64,000 nucleotides of DNA from Larus michahellis (taxonomy: Eukaryota), in contig NC_133896.1 in assembly GCF_964199755.1 (NCBI RefSeq), positions 203,207,471 through 203,271,470 on the forward strand, read 5' to 3'. Positions 27,769 through 38,300 of this stretch are shown in pieces. Within the stretch, counting starts at the first letter, position 1; every line of letters starts with the position of its first letter. A program made the position numbers and the translations under genes. The notes beneath the pieces were generated by a model. The model worked only from the letters and a program-made list of their open reading frames with translations. It was not told the origin of the DNA and ran no database searches.

Positions 27769-28868
27769 CACAGAATGATAGGGGTTGGAAGGGACCTCTG
27801 GAGATCGTCTAGTCCAACCCCCCTGCCAGAGCAGGGTCACCCAGAGCAGGTTGCACAGGAACGCGTCCAGGCGGGTTTTGAATGTCTCCAGAGATGGAGA
27901 CTCCACAACCTCTCTGGGCAGCCTGTTCCAGTGCTCTGCCACCCTCAGGGTAAAGAAGTTCCTCCTCATGTTTAGGTGGAACTTCCTATGCTCAAGTTTG
28001 TGCCCATTACCTCTTGTCCTGTCCCCGGGCACCACTGAAAAGAGCCTGGCCCCATCCTCCTGACACCCACCCTTTAAGTATTTATAAGTGTTGATAAGAT
28101 CCCCCCTCATCTGTCTTTTTTCCAGACTGAAGAGACCCAAATCCCTCAGCCTTTCTTCATAAGGGAGGTGTTCCAGTCCCCTAATCATCTTGGTAGCCCA
28201 TTGCTGTACCCTTTCCAGCAGTTCCCTGTCCCTCTTGAACCGGGGAGCCCAGAACTGGACACAGTACTCCAGATGCAGCCTCACCAGGGCAGAGTAGAGG
28301 GGGAGGATGACCTCCCTTGACCTGCTGGCCACACTCTTCCCTATGCAGCCCAGGATGCCATTGGCCTTCTTGGCCACAAGGGCACATTGCTGGCTCATGG
28401 TCATCCTGTTGTCCACCAGGACTCCCGGGTCTCTTTCAGCTGAGCTGCTCTCCAGCAGGTCAGCCCCCAACCTGTACTGGTGCATGGGGTTACTCCTCCC
28501 CACTTGCCCTTACTGAATTTCATAAGGTTCCTCTTTGCTCAACTCTCCAGCCTGTCTGTGTCTCTCTGTATGGCAGCACAGCCTTCTGGTGTGTCAGCCA
28601 CCCCCCCCAGCTTTGTGTCATCAGCAAACTTGCTGAGGGTGCACTCTATCCCTTCATCCAGGTCATTGATGAATATATTGAAGAGCACTGGACCCAGTAC
28701 TGACCCCTGGGGAACACCACTCGTCACTGACCTCCAACTAGACTCTGTGCCCCAATCACAACCCTCTGAGCTCTGTCTTTCAACCAGTTATCTATCCACC
28801 TTCCTGTCCATTCATCTAACCCACTCTTCCTTAGCTTCCCTATGATGCTGCTGTGGGAGACCGTGTCA
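27769..28868 (-). mobile_element. CR1 copy A, 5'-truncated, about 1.1 kb. It carries the ORF2 RT C-terminal region and 3'UTR and is inserted inside CR1 copy B.
   Basis: Starts cacagaatgataggggttggaagggacctctggagatcgtctagtccaacc. The - strand ORFs carry the CR1 ORF2 motifs [40 protein letters not shown] and …[21 protein letters not shown]…. Confidence 0.85.
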
Positions 28869-29300
28869 GGTCCTGTCCCTGGGCACCACTGGGAAGACTC
28901 TGTCACTGTCATTTTTATACCCTCTCATTAAGATGTTTATAAGTATTTATAAGATTTCACCTTGCCTTCAGTCCCAGCTCTTTCAGTTTTTTATAACATT
29001 AAAGATGCTCCAGTCCCTCAATTGTCTTCCATTCACTGAACTCAATCCAGTATGTCCACGTCTCTTGTACTGGGGAGCCCAACACACAGGACACACACTC
29101 CAGATGTCTCACCAGTGCTGAGTAGAGGGGAAGGATCATTCTCTCCATATGCTGGCAACTTTCTTTGTAACACAGTGCAGGATGTCATTGGCCTTCTTTG
29201 TGGCCAGGTCACATTCTTTGCTCTTGGACTTGCTGTTCACCAGGGCCCCCAGGTCCTTACCTGCAGAGCCTCAGTTCCTCTGCCATACATCACCGTGTTG
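28869..29300 (-). mobile_element. CR1 copy B, 5' part. It resumes the copy B sequence after the copy A insertion.
   Basis: cctgtccctgggcaccactgggaag… is collinear with the homologous portion of copy A (ctgtccccgggcaccactgaaaag…). Copy B-left ends …gtctctggt and B-right continues cctgtccc…, as expected for one interrupted element. Confidence 0.7.
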
Positions 29301-29784
29301 GTTGGCGTTTTAAGGTGAGTCTGGTGTCCCCGGGAGTTGAAGTCAGAGTCCAGTCTCTAGGTTCTTCTACTGGTCCTTTTATTCTGCTGGGGTGAGTCCA
29401 CCCTTTTTCCTTTGTTCGTACCGCAGCTTCCATAGTCAACAGCACCTGAAAGGGACCCTCCCATTGGGGAGTTTTTACTCTCCATGTTTTTACTAAAACC
29501 CATTCTCCAATTTTAATGTTATGGATCTTAAAATCCAACAGCGTAGTTTGTGGGAGCAACCCTTTATTTCTTAGTTGTTCCAAGTTCTTTGCAATCTGCA
29601 TTACATATTGTTTAATACTAGCCTCCCCTCCTTCATAAGTAGCCATTTCCTGCTGTGAAGCCAAGAAGGGCAAACCAAACATCATTTCATAGGGAGAGAC
29701 TCCGAGATCCGTTCTGGGTTGAGTTCGAACCCTGAGTAATGCTAAAGGGAGGCACTTGACCCATGACAGTTGAGTTTCTATCAT
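29290..29784 (-). CDS. ERV integrase C-terminal domain ORF (164 aa), ending at the truncation junction.
   Basis: Contains …IKIGEWVLVKTWRVKTPQWEGPFQVLL…, an SH3-like integrase C-terminal domain. The stop codon lies directly at the boundary with CR1 copy B. Confidence 0.75.
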   Translation of the reverse strand: MIETQLSWVKCLPLALLRVRTQPRTDLGVSPYEMMFGLPFLASQQEMATYEGGEASIKQYVMQIAKNLEQLRNKGLLPQTTLLDFKIHNIKIGEWVLVKTWRVKTPQWEGPFQVLLTMEAAVRTKEKGWTHPSRIKGPVEEPRDWTLTSTPGDTRLTLKRQPTR

Positions 29785-29804
29785 TAATTTGGTTAAAGCC
29801 TTTT

Positions 29805-30410
29805 TTAAAGTCTGATCATTTGTTCACCCCTTCCTGAGCTTTGGGGATGCCATGGAGTGTGTAACTCCCATTGAGTACCTAAGGCTTGAGTTATCTGGGT
29901 GATTATTTTGGAGGTGAAATGCGTTCCTCTGTCAGAGTCTATTCTATGAACCATTCCGTATCTAGGAATAATTTGTTCTAGCAGGATCTGTGTTACTACA
30001 TTAGCCGATGTTCTAGTGAGTGGAATTGCCTCCACCCAATGGGTAAGATGGTCTACTAATACCAAGAGAAACTTCCACCTTTGGACTTGTGGAAGTTCTA
30101 TAAAATCCACTTGTATACTTTGAAGGGGGCGTAAGGCCAACTCCCGCCCTCCGTGGATGGGTTTTCTCATTACCTTTTTATTCACCTTTTGGCAAGTTAT
30201 ACACCTATTGGTGATTTGTTTAGCTGCTCCGAACACCCCTATGCATCCAAATTTTCTAAGAAAGTGATCGCAAATGGCCGGTGTTCCCCAGTGGGTTTCT
30301 CTATGCAATTCCACCAGTATTTTTCTTGCTAATGTTTTATTTACTATCTGATGCCCATCAGGCAACACCCATTTTCCTTCCAGAGTCTTTTCTCCTCCCA
30401 TTCTAGTCAA
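29805..30410 (-). CDS. ERV integrase N-terminal zinc finger plus catalytic core (201 aa ORF).
   Basis: HHCC spacing (HRETHWG…CITCQKVN), catalytic D in IQVDFIEL, D in IDSDRGTHFTS, E in HPQSSGRGEQMIRL. Confidence 0.8.
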   Translation of the reverse strand: MTRMGGEKTLEGKWVLPDGHQIVNKTLARKILVELHRETHWGTPAICDHFLRKFGCIGVFGAAKQITNRCITCQKVNKKVMRKPIHGGRELALRPLQSIQVDFIELPQVQRWKFLLVLVDHLTHWVEAIPLTRTSANVVTQILLEQIIPRYGMVHRIDSDRGTHFTSKIITQITQALGTQWELHTPWHPQSSGRGEQMIRL

Positions 30411-30449
30411 TTCCTTTTCTTCAGCTTCAGTGAATTCAGGAATATTATC

Positions 30450-32210
30450 TCACTCCTCTTTTCTCTGTTGAACAACTAATGATTTCTCTTCCCCATTTTC
30501 AGCAGCCTCTTTCGCCTCTTGGTCTGCTAGATTATTTCCCCTTATTTCTGGTGTTAATCCTTTCTGATGCCCCTTTACGTGGACTACTGCAATTTCCTTA
30601 GGCAGGGTTAAAGCTTCTAATACCTTCAATATTAACTCCTCATGAACTAGTCCTTTTCCTTTTGAAGTTAGTAATCCTCTTTCTTCCCAGATTTTTCCAA
30701 AAGTATGTACCACCCCAAATGCATATTTAGAATCTGTATAAATAGTTCCTTCCTTATGTGCTAGAAATTCTAATGCCCTTTTTAAGGCATATAACTCACA
30801 GCTTTGAGCAGACCAATTAGATGGCAGTTTTCCTTCTTCTGTAATCGTCGTGTTACTCCCATCTATTATTGCATATCCAGACATTCTTTTCCCTTGCATA
30901 CACCTAGATGATCCATCTATGTATATCTTTTCTCCTGCTGATAGGGCTTGGTTGGTCGAATCTTCTCTGATTTTTGTCTGATAATTTATTACTTCTAAAC
31001 AATCGTGTACTAGTTCCTCTTTATGTTCCCCATACAGAAACTGGGCAGGATTTTGATTCTTACCTGTTACCAAGGTTAGGTCTTCATTGTCTGGTAAAAT
31101 GGCCTCATATTTCAACATCCTAGAATCTGTCAACCATTTATCTGCTTTCTGATTTAAGATATTCCGTACAGAGTGTGGAGTGTGAACTATCAGCTTACCC
31201 CTGAAAGCGAGTTTTTGACTTTCTTCCACAAGTATCGAGGTAGCGGCTACCGCTTGGATGCATATTGGCCAACCTCGGCTGACTGGATCTAATAATTTTG
31301 ATAAGTACGCTATTGGTTTCCTCACCCCTCCCCATCCCTGGGCCAAAATTCCATGGGCTGTCCCATTTTCCACATTGACAAACAAATGGAAGGGTTTCTC
31401 TAATGATGGTAGGCACATAACCGGAGCTTTTATCAGTTTTGACTTTAGTTCTTCTAGTTTTTCTTTGTCATTCTGTGTCCACTCTGTCTTATCTTCCCCC
31501 ATCAATTTTTCATATAAAAATTTCACTGCCTGGGTATACCCCTCGATCCATAATCTCCAGTACCCTAGTAGTCCTAATAACTTCCTTACTTCTCTTCTTG
31601 TAGTTGGGGGTGGGAGGGATATTATTCCAGCAATCCTCTTGGGGTTTAATTTGCGGCTTCCCTGACTTATTATATGCCCTAAGTATCGTACTTCAGGTTC
31701 TACAAATGGTAACTTTCCCTTGGAAACCCTTAAACCTTTCTCTCCTAAAAAGTTTAATAACTGAATTGTTACTTCTCTGACTAATTTTTCTTCTTCCCCT
31801 GATATTAATAAGTCATCTACATACTGAGTGATTTGAGTTTTCGGAGGGGTGTGAAAAGATTGTAACAGCTCCTCCAGAGCCTGTCCAAACAGGTTGGGAG
31901 ACTCTGTAAACCCTTGAGGTAGCTTTGTCCATCTGAGCTGCTGTTTATGTCCGGTGTTTGGGTCCTCCCATTGAAAAGCAAAGATATCTCGACTTTCCTC
32001 AGCCAGGGGACATGCCCAAAACGCATCTTTTAAATCCACTACGCTAAACCAGCTATGTTCTGGGGGAACTTTGCTCAGAAGGGTATAAGGGTTTGGTACA
32101 ACATGGTACCGAGTTAAAGTTCTCTTATTCACCTCCCGTAAGTCTTGCACTAACCTGTATGTCCTGTCAGGTTTCTTTACAGGTAGGATAGGAGTGTTAT
32201 GAGGAGACAT
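30450..32210 (-). CDS. ERV reverse transcriptase-RNase H (586 aa uninterrupted ORF).
   Basis: Contains LPQGFTESPNLFGQAL, YVDDLLISG, and the RNaseH motif IYIDGSSRC…GYAIIDG. Confidence 0.85.
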   Translation of the reverse strand: MSPHNTPILPVKKPDRTYRLVQDLREVNKRTLTRYHVVPNPYTLLSKVPPEHSWFSVVDLKDAFWACPLAEESRDIFAFQWEDPNTGHKQQLRWTKLPQGFTESPNLFGQALEELLQSFHTPPKTQITQYVDDLLISGEEEKLVREVTIQLLNFLGEKGLRVSKGKLPFVEPEVRYLGHIISQGSRKLNPKRIAGIISLPPPTTRREVRKLLGLLGYWRLWIEGYTQAVKFLYEKLMGEDKTEWTQNDKEKLEELKSKLIKAPVMCLPSLEKPFHLFVNVENGTAHGILAQGWGGVRKPIAYLSKLLDPVSRGWPICIQAVAATSILVEESQKLAFRGKLIVHTPHSVRNILNQKADKWLTDSRMLKYEAILPDNEDLTLVTGKNQNPAQFLYGEHKEELVHDCLEVINYQTKIREDSTNQALSAGEKIYIDGSSRCMQGKRMSGYAIIDGSNTTITEEGKLPSNWSAQSCELYALKRALEFLAHKEGTIYTDSKYAFGVVHTFGKIWEERGLLTSKGKGLVHEELILKVLEALTLPKEIAVVHVKGHQKGLTPEIRGNNLADQEAKEAAENGEEKSLVVQQRKEE

Positions 32211-32390
32211 ACAGGGTTCAAGGGTCCCATCAGAGATGAGTCCTTCAATTACTGGCTGGAGGCCTTTTTTCCCTCCATTGAAATGAGGTACTGCCTGACT
32301 CGTATGGGGTGATTCTCCCTTTCTATAGAGACTTTGATTGGTTGGATATTCAGACCTCCTCTGTTACCGGCCACCGCCCAAACTTGCTGA

Positions 32391-32783
32391 TTAATTTTGG
32401 ATTTGTCCTCCTGACTTAATATTTTTTGCAATCATTTTCCCCTCCTCGGGGATTACTCCAACCCCCAGCTGGATCCGCAAGTCTCTTCCTAACAAATTGC
32501 ACCCAGCTCCAGGCACTAACAAGATATTCCCTACACCTGTTTTGTCATTATCTTCAAAAACCACCTGCTTGATCACCGGGGCTTTAAAACTTGTCCCCTT
32601 TGCTCTCATTACATTAATTACTTCTTTATTTATAATGCTTCCTTTAGGTATGTTACAAACACAAGTTCGCTCAGCTCCTGTATCTACTAGAAATTCTAAT
32701 ACTTCCTCCTGGGGGCCCACTCCTAGGTTTATCAAGGGCTCAAGGTGAGAGCTGTCCCCCAGGAGGTAGAGCCCCTGACACCT
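32391..32783 (-). CDS. ERV aspartic protease region, in the same frame as the gag stop codon.
   Basis: Contains LVDTGAERTCV. There is a frame break between this ORF and the RT ORF (32210-32391). Confidence 0.75.
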   Translation of the reverse strand, partial: RCQGLYLLGDSSHLEPLINLGVGPQEEVLEFLVDTGAERTCVCNIPKGSIINKEVINVMRAKGTSFKAPVIKQVVFEDNDKTGVGNILLVPGAGCNLLGRDLRIQLGVGVIPEEGKMIAKNIKSGGQIQN

Positions 32784-32786
32784 CTA
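32720..32786 (-). promoter_or_regulatory. Candidate gag-pro UAG read-through signal (gammaretrovirus type).
   Basis: gag ends UAG and pro continues in the same frame. The downstream sequence UAG AGG UGU CAG GGG CUC… resembles the MLV purine-rich spacer plus CAGGG stem start. The pseudoknot itself is not verified. Confidence 0.45.
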
Positions 32787-34338
32787 ATCCTCAATTTCTC
32801 TAAACATTTTCTGATCTTTATCCCTTTGAGGACATTCCTTCTTAAAATGCCCAAGTTTCCCACAATAGAAACATCCACTTCCTTCATTCCTTTTCTCGGT
32901 TCCCAATGGTCCCCTTCTGGGAGGGATCTGATTCCCTCCAGAAGTCTCCTCCTGCCTCTCAGGATTCCGTCCCATCCCCCCCATCACCCTGGGATTTTTC
33001 TGAATATTTCCTTCCCTCATAGTGGCTACCATGATTTTAGCTTTTGCTGTAGCCTTCTCCTCATCTCTTCATAGGTACACTTTCTGAGCTTCCCTCCATA
33101 CTTCATTCAGGCCCCAATCCTGCCAGTCCTCTAGTTTCTCTAATTTTCTTCGAATGTCTGGCCAGGCGTGTGTAACAAATTGAACTCTCAGTAATGTTTG
33201 CCCCGCGGGACTCTGAATCTATTCCTGAGCACTGTCTCATGTCACGTCACAGCCTTTCAAGCCATTCGGTCGGGGTTTCCTCCCTTCCCTGCTGCCCATC
33301 AAATGCTTTGGTTATGTTCTGCCCTCTAGGGGTGGCTTCTTTTATACCTTTAATAATTAAATTTCGATAATCACTCACGTTCTTACGACCCTCTACATCA
33401 TTTTGATTCCAATTTGGGTGTACTATTGGCATCTTCTGGTCCCCAGGTGGGCCTTGCTGATTTTCCCGTTCCCAAATTCTCATCCCAGCTGTTCTAATCA
33501 TTTGCTGTTCTTTGGGAGAAAATATTATTATCGACTGCATTTCCTCCCAGGTATAAATATTAGGGCCTAGGAATTGGTCTAATTGTTCTGATAGGCCTAC
33601 TGGTTCTTCCAGTAACCCTTTTAATTCCTTTTTAAAGTTCCTGACTTCAGTGGGAGTCAAAGGAACGTTTACAAAGCCTGTCCCCCCTTGTGCTCCCCCC
33701 AGGGGTACTTCCCTTAAGGGGAATAAACTAACTCCTGGTGTTTCCTGCACCGTGTCTTGGTCTTCCGATTCCTTTACTTTAACAGAAGTTTTCCTCCCTA
33801 ACCTAGGAGAGTTTGTAAGTGACACTTTTTCAGTTAACCTCTGAGACCTGTCTAACCTTCTCCTAGCACTAGGTGTAGCTCTTTTCCCAGGAGAAGGGGG
33901 GGCTGTTGGAGGGAGGCGGTAGGGAGGGGGCAAAACTTCCAGAGGATCTCACCACTTCTCCTTTTCTTCCCTTGGGATCTCAGATATTTTAAAGGTACTA
34001 ACTCCTTTTGGCCAAATCTCCCCTTTCCAGCAGGAGGCATATTCACTCTCCTCTGGGCTGAAGGATTCTTTAGAGTTTACATAAAGGTTTAAAGCCTGGC
34101 ACATCCACCCTTCAAAGGACCCATGTCTAGGCCAATACAAATGGTCTGCTCATATAGGTTCCTTTGTCCATTCTGTCATACAATACTGAATCATTTTAAC
34201 TTTATCCTTATTTTTAGTATCCGGATCAATATTCCAATTAGCCAATTTTATCCCTAAAGGACTGTCTTGGGGTATATCTGCCGGCACTTTCCTGCTCCCC
34301 TGTTCCCTGGGACTCTTTTTACTTATCTTTTGTCCCAT
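32784..34338 (-). pseudogene. ERV gag, spanning MGQ-start matrix, PPPY-containing region, capsid with an MHR-like segment, and nucleocapsid CCHC. It is broken into at least four frame-shifted ORF pieces.
   Basis: MGQKISKK at about 34338; MPPPYRLPPTAPPSPG; …TKAFDGQQGREETPTEWLERL; CFYCGKLGHFKKECPQR. gag terminates with TAG at 32784-32786. Confidence 0.75.
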
Positions 34339-34805
34339 TTCAGCGGGGCTGTCTTCCACTCACCACAGCAGTCAAGCACCCAATTTTCCCGGGGCTGTCT
34401 TTCACTCAATATCTGACGCTTCGTCTCTTCACCGGCCAATTCCTTCGCGGGAGATTGGAACTCGTGGGAGATTGGAACCGTGGTTAGAAAGACTCCACAC
34501 TCGCTCCCCAGATCCAGACTGTCTGGTCCGAGTTCCACACACACAACAATCAAGCCCCAAACCCACCCAACCAAGCAGTACTTAACAGTCCTGTTTTCTT
34601 GCCTGGGTCTTCATGCACAAGAATTATGGGCTACCGTGGTTTTTCCTGGGGAGACTTACCCTTTTTGCTTTATGAGTCCCTCCTCTTGTGGGATTATCAG
34701 CTTGGAGTCTCAACAGGCACTAGGAAGTCCTCCGAGCAGGCTGCCGAAATCGGTGGGGTGCACCTCCTGCTCGGGGTCTCGGAGCCCACTGGGACCAAGT
34801 GAATT

Positions 34806-34823
34806 ATCCCGGACGAGCCCCCA
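34806..34823 (-). promoter_or_regulatory. Primer binding site complementary to the tRNA-Pro 3' end.
   Basis: The - strand reads TGGGGGCTCGTCCGGGAT, 18/18 identical to the MLV-type tRNA-Pro PBS, immediately 3' of the LTR end. Confidence 0.9.
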
Positions 34824-35300
34824 GAATTGTAATAAACAGCCAGATCCCTTAAACAGAAATGGCAGTTATTTTATTATAGGGACAAAGTCAATAAAGCAAA
34901 AGCACAGCGCTGGGTGCATGACTCAAGTCAGAGGCACACCAGCTAACACTTCACCCACGTCTTACATACATTCAATATTGCATACGTATTCACTATTTTA
35001 GGCAGAGTAATTGTTTACGATGATTATCTTTAGTCCCTTTTCTCTTCTATTTGTGCGTTTCCTTCTAGCAATTGTTTCTGAGGATCGATGATCTTCAGTT
35101 CCCTTTTCCCGTGCATCTGTTTCCTTCTGGTAGGATCGATTATCATCAACTCCCTTCTCCTATGCATCTGTTTCCTTCTGTTAATCATTGTGGGGTCTTT
35201 TGGAGAAGTTCTCTTTTGTTTCTCTCGGATGTTTTCTTCATAGCTGCTGTTAGTTGTTATCTTAGAGGTTTCTCATGTTTCCTAATTTACTAAAGGTTAG
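34824..35300 (-). repeat. ERV 5' LTR (U3-R-U5). The upstream (higher-coordinate) boundary is uncertain, at about 35300-35480.
   Basis: U5 ends at the PBS. There is a sense-strand AATAAA at 34870-34875 (+ strand tttatt), a TATA-like TAAAATAG at about 34995-35005, and U3 direct repeats. No 3' LTR copy is present to define the other edge. Confidence 0.6.
35054..35180 (-). repeat. About 2.5 copies of a roughly 50-bp tandem direct repeat inside LTR U3 (enhancer-type repeat).
   Basis: aggatcgatgatcttcagttcccttttcccgtgcatctgtttccttctg and taggatcgattatcatcaactcccttctcctatgcatctgtttccttctg, preceded by the partial gtgcgtttccttctagcaattgtttctg. Confidence 0.7.
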
Positions 35301-38300
35301 TTATCCTTCTAAGTCAAATATTCATAGCCTTGTTATAATGGCGAAAGCCAACAATACCTTCACAGGGGGAAGGGGGCTGAGGAGGTGGGAAGACTGATCG
35401 GCACCTTGTTTCGCCTTGCCCTTTACTAAGGAGTTCCCTGTCATTTTCTAGTGGTAATAAAATTGTAATATAAAAATCATCAGACAATAATGTCTAAGTT
35501 ACACCAGGCTCTGGAAATAAACAAGCTACAAGCACTTACTCTCAAAATCTAAAAAAGACAATACAGTTAAAACTTTATCACACATGTAGTAGTAACAGAA
35601 AAAAACGACTTAATTTTTTCAAAGTTTGACTCAAAAGAGATTTTTCTATGCACCTGACATTCTGTCCTGACCGTGTAGCTGTTGGGAATTCAGCCTTCTC
35701 GCTTGTCCTTAGGTATCAGAGTGTCCCTGTGTGAAAGAGCCATTTGGCAGCCTCAGCGTTTGGCAGCTTTCCCAGGCATCTCGGGGCTTTTCTGTCCTCA
35801 ACTTGGAATTTCCTTCCTGTGAAGGGAAAAGTGGGTGGCCAAGGTTCCTTGGAGATACAAGTGTTTCTTTGACTGTCTAAATAATGACTCCTCTCAGTGG
35901 AGTGATAAAATCCTTTCTTTCTCTTTCCCCATTATTCCTTTGTGTGTGTGCGTGCACTTCAGATTGCAGCCTGAACCTGACTGACAAAAGCCTAATGGCC
36001 TAATTAAATGGCATTAAAAATCGAGGGAAGATTAGATAAAAATCTAAGTGGATTGAATTGTATTTGGGGCAGAATGTGCAATAGCAAACTGTGAAAAAGT
36101 TGCAAAAGACTCAGGGAGAGGGAGTCACATCAGTCACTTGGAAAAAAATTGTACCTGCTCAGTTTGATCTTCCTTAGCTTGTCGCTGAGCTGCATTTTGT
36201 AGAGCCGAGAGCTGGCCGCGGCGTGTCTCTGCACTCCCTTCTTCAACGCCGAAATAAATTTGCGCACAGTTCTGTTACACCAGAAAACGCGCTGGGCTCC
36301 CATTTAGTTGGTATTGAGGTCAAAGTCTGCTGTCAGGCTGCTGCTGCTGGGGGTTCCTGAACAGCGGTAGAGAATTCCAGAGAACCTCTTGGAAGGGCTA
36401 TCTGGGAAAGCGTTCGCATTTCCCAGCTCTTTATCCAACTGCATTTGCTAATGCATTGCTCTGTCGTTCGCTATTTGAGTTCTTGTAGTTTGCTGTACTC
36501 TGATTACAAAAGTACATTTTCAAGGAAGTTACCACTTCAGTCTCTCTCGTAACTGCTCACCTGAATCATATTTATTTCCTGAAAATGTTCTCCATTCCTT
36601 TAGGCCGTACACTCTCAGAACTGAAGATGACTTTCAGTCACACCCTGATCATGTGCAAAGTGCTGCTCTTCAGGCTGGAGTTACAAGGACCATCAGGGGT
36701 GAGAATATAGTCACGTTGTCACTCAGAGCACTTAACAGTGGTTGTGACTTTTGTGATGGAGTCTGTTTCCTTTGTGCTCTGTTATCAGTCTCTTTGCATT
36801 ACTTTTGTGCCCAACACCTGTTCTTCTTTTCTCTGTTTCTCTCTATGCTCTTGGGCACAAGAATAGTGCTGTTATCCAATAACACAGTAATTAAATCTGT
36901 GGAGAAGGATGGATTCATCACTCTCACATTACCTCTATTCTTTCTGCTTGTAGACAGGCCTGCCCTGCCCTGCGGGACCGGAGGGAATAGGGCTGTTTGA
37001 AATGATGGGGAGAGGGACCAGCACGGAGGTGGTGTGTCCCCCACCAGCACCCCGGACTGGAAAAGACACATCCCTCAGGAAGAACCTGAATCAACGTCTG
37101 CTTGCAACACTGGAGATCCCTTTTCCTGTAGGAGGGGATGAGTTACAGCTTTTGTGACCTTGTGCTCTTCAGCCTCTGGCAGAGAAGGTGGTACCCGCTG
37201 TTCAGCAGAGTTGAGGGTTTCACAGTAAAGCTGATGTTGGCCAACTCTGATGTGTAACTGAGGCCTTCGCTCCCTTTTTATCTAGACTGTACTGGAAGCA
37301 GATTTTCTTTCCTGATCTCCGATACTAGTGCTGGGAAATGGTGTTGGTACCAGGGTTGAAGTTTGTACATGCTACAACAGGAATCAGTGTAAATGATATA
37401 TTAAAAGACTGCTCCTTGGTTAAATGATTTGTTTGGGACTAAAAAAAAGCCTTTAGAGTTAAATTAAATGAGTAAGAAAGTATTTTTAAGCACTAAAGTA
37501 TGTGATAAAAGATAGGAAATTGATGACTTTTATATCTAAAGAAAAAACGACAGTGTGGATTATGTTTAGGTTGCAGTAGAGTTTCAAAGAGCACAGAAGT
37601 CTTAGTTACCTAGAGGCAACTGTGTGAGCCACCAACAGCTGGAAAGGACTGGAAGGAAATGGTAACCAACGGGGAGATTAAGGCTGCAGTAAGATTTCAC
37701 TGTCCATGCAGTTAAATAGCCCAATAAAAAGATGAAAAACAAAAACCATGAGTGAAATGAATAATGAAAAATGAATTTTGATGCGATGACAATTGCACTG
37801 TAATATATCACCATTTTTTTTCAGGGTTTCTGTAGCTATTATAAAACCGTTTCAAAGTAATCGGTGAATAACAGGATGCTTATTTTCTATTTCCTGAACT
37901 CAGCAAGGCAGTGAACCTGAGCCAAGGGCCTGGCAGGAACCTCACCGGGTTCAGAAAAGGCGAAGGCGAAGTCCTGCAGTGGGTACGGAATAACTTTGAC
38001 GCAGTTGTGCAGCCTGGGCACAGACTGGTTGCAAAGCAACTTTGCAGAGGCTGATCTGGGAGCCCTGAGGGACAAGTGAAGATCAAGGTGTCCAGCCCTG
38101 CCCGGGCTCTGTTGGAAGAGCACAGCTGAGCTGCGGCAAGGATAGCAATCGTTCCTCTCTGCTCAGCGCTTCTGGGCTCCTAAAAACAAGATACATATGG
38201 GAACAAGTCCAGCGGAGGCCACCAAGATGATCAGGAGGTTGGAGCATAAGAGCCACGGGGATGGACAGTGGGGTTTGTTTAGTCTAGAAGACAGGAGGTC

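Larger units (their letters stand above)
29290..35300 (-). mobile_element. Class-I (gammaretrovirus-like) endogenous retrovirus: 5'LTR-PBS-leader-gag-pro-pol, degenerate and 3'-truncated with no env or 3'LTR detected. The 5' boundary of the LTR is approximate.
   Basis: On the - strand, in order: an exact tRNA-Pro PBS; a gag region in several frame-shifted pieces, the first starting MGQ, with a PPPY motif, a major-homology-region-like segment and a CCHC knuckle; protease DTGA; RT with LPQGF and YVDD; RNaseH IDGSS; integrase HHCC and DDE. The gag stop codon and pro share one frame. Confidence 0.9.

Noticed and set aside
27454-28503. The 349-aa - strand ORF, read as a candidate host protein.
   Set aside because: It is a chimeric read-through of two CR1 ORF2 C-terminal fragments (copies A and B), not a host gene.
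28317-28845. Plus-strand ORFs of 121-128 aa overlapping the CR1 element.
   Set aside because: They are antisense to the CR1 ORF2 coding sequence. The open frames are a by-product of codon bias on the opposite strand.
29700-29730. A GGTTGAGTTCGAACCC motif resembling a tRNA T-loop.
   Set aside because: It lies inside the integrase coding ORF, and no acceptor or anticodon stem structure is discernible around it.
31258-31665. A 135-aa + strand ORF inside the ERV.
   Set aside because: It is antisense to the intact RT-RNaseH ORF and has no motifs.
34480-35001. A 173-aa + strand ORF spanning the ERV leader, PBS and LTR.
   Set aside because: It is antisense to retroviral non-coding regions (U5, PBS, leader) and crosses the exact tRNA-Pro PBS, so it is not plausibly coding.
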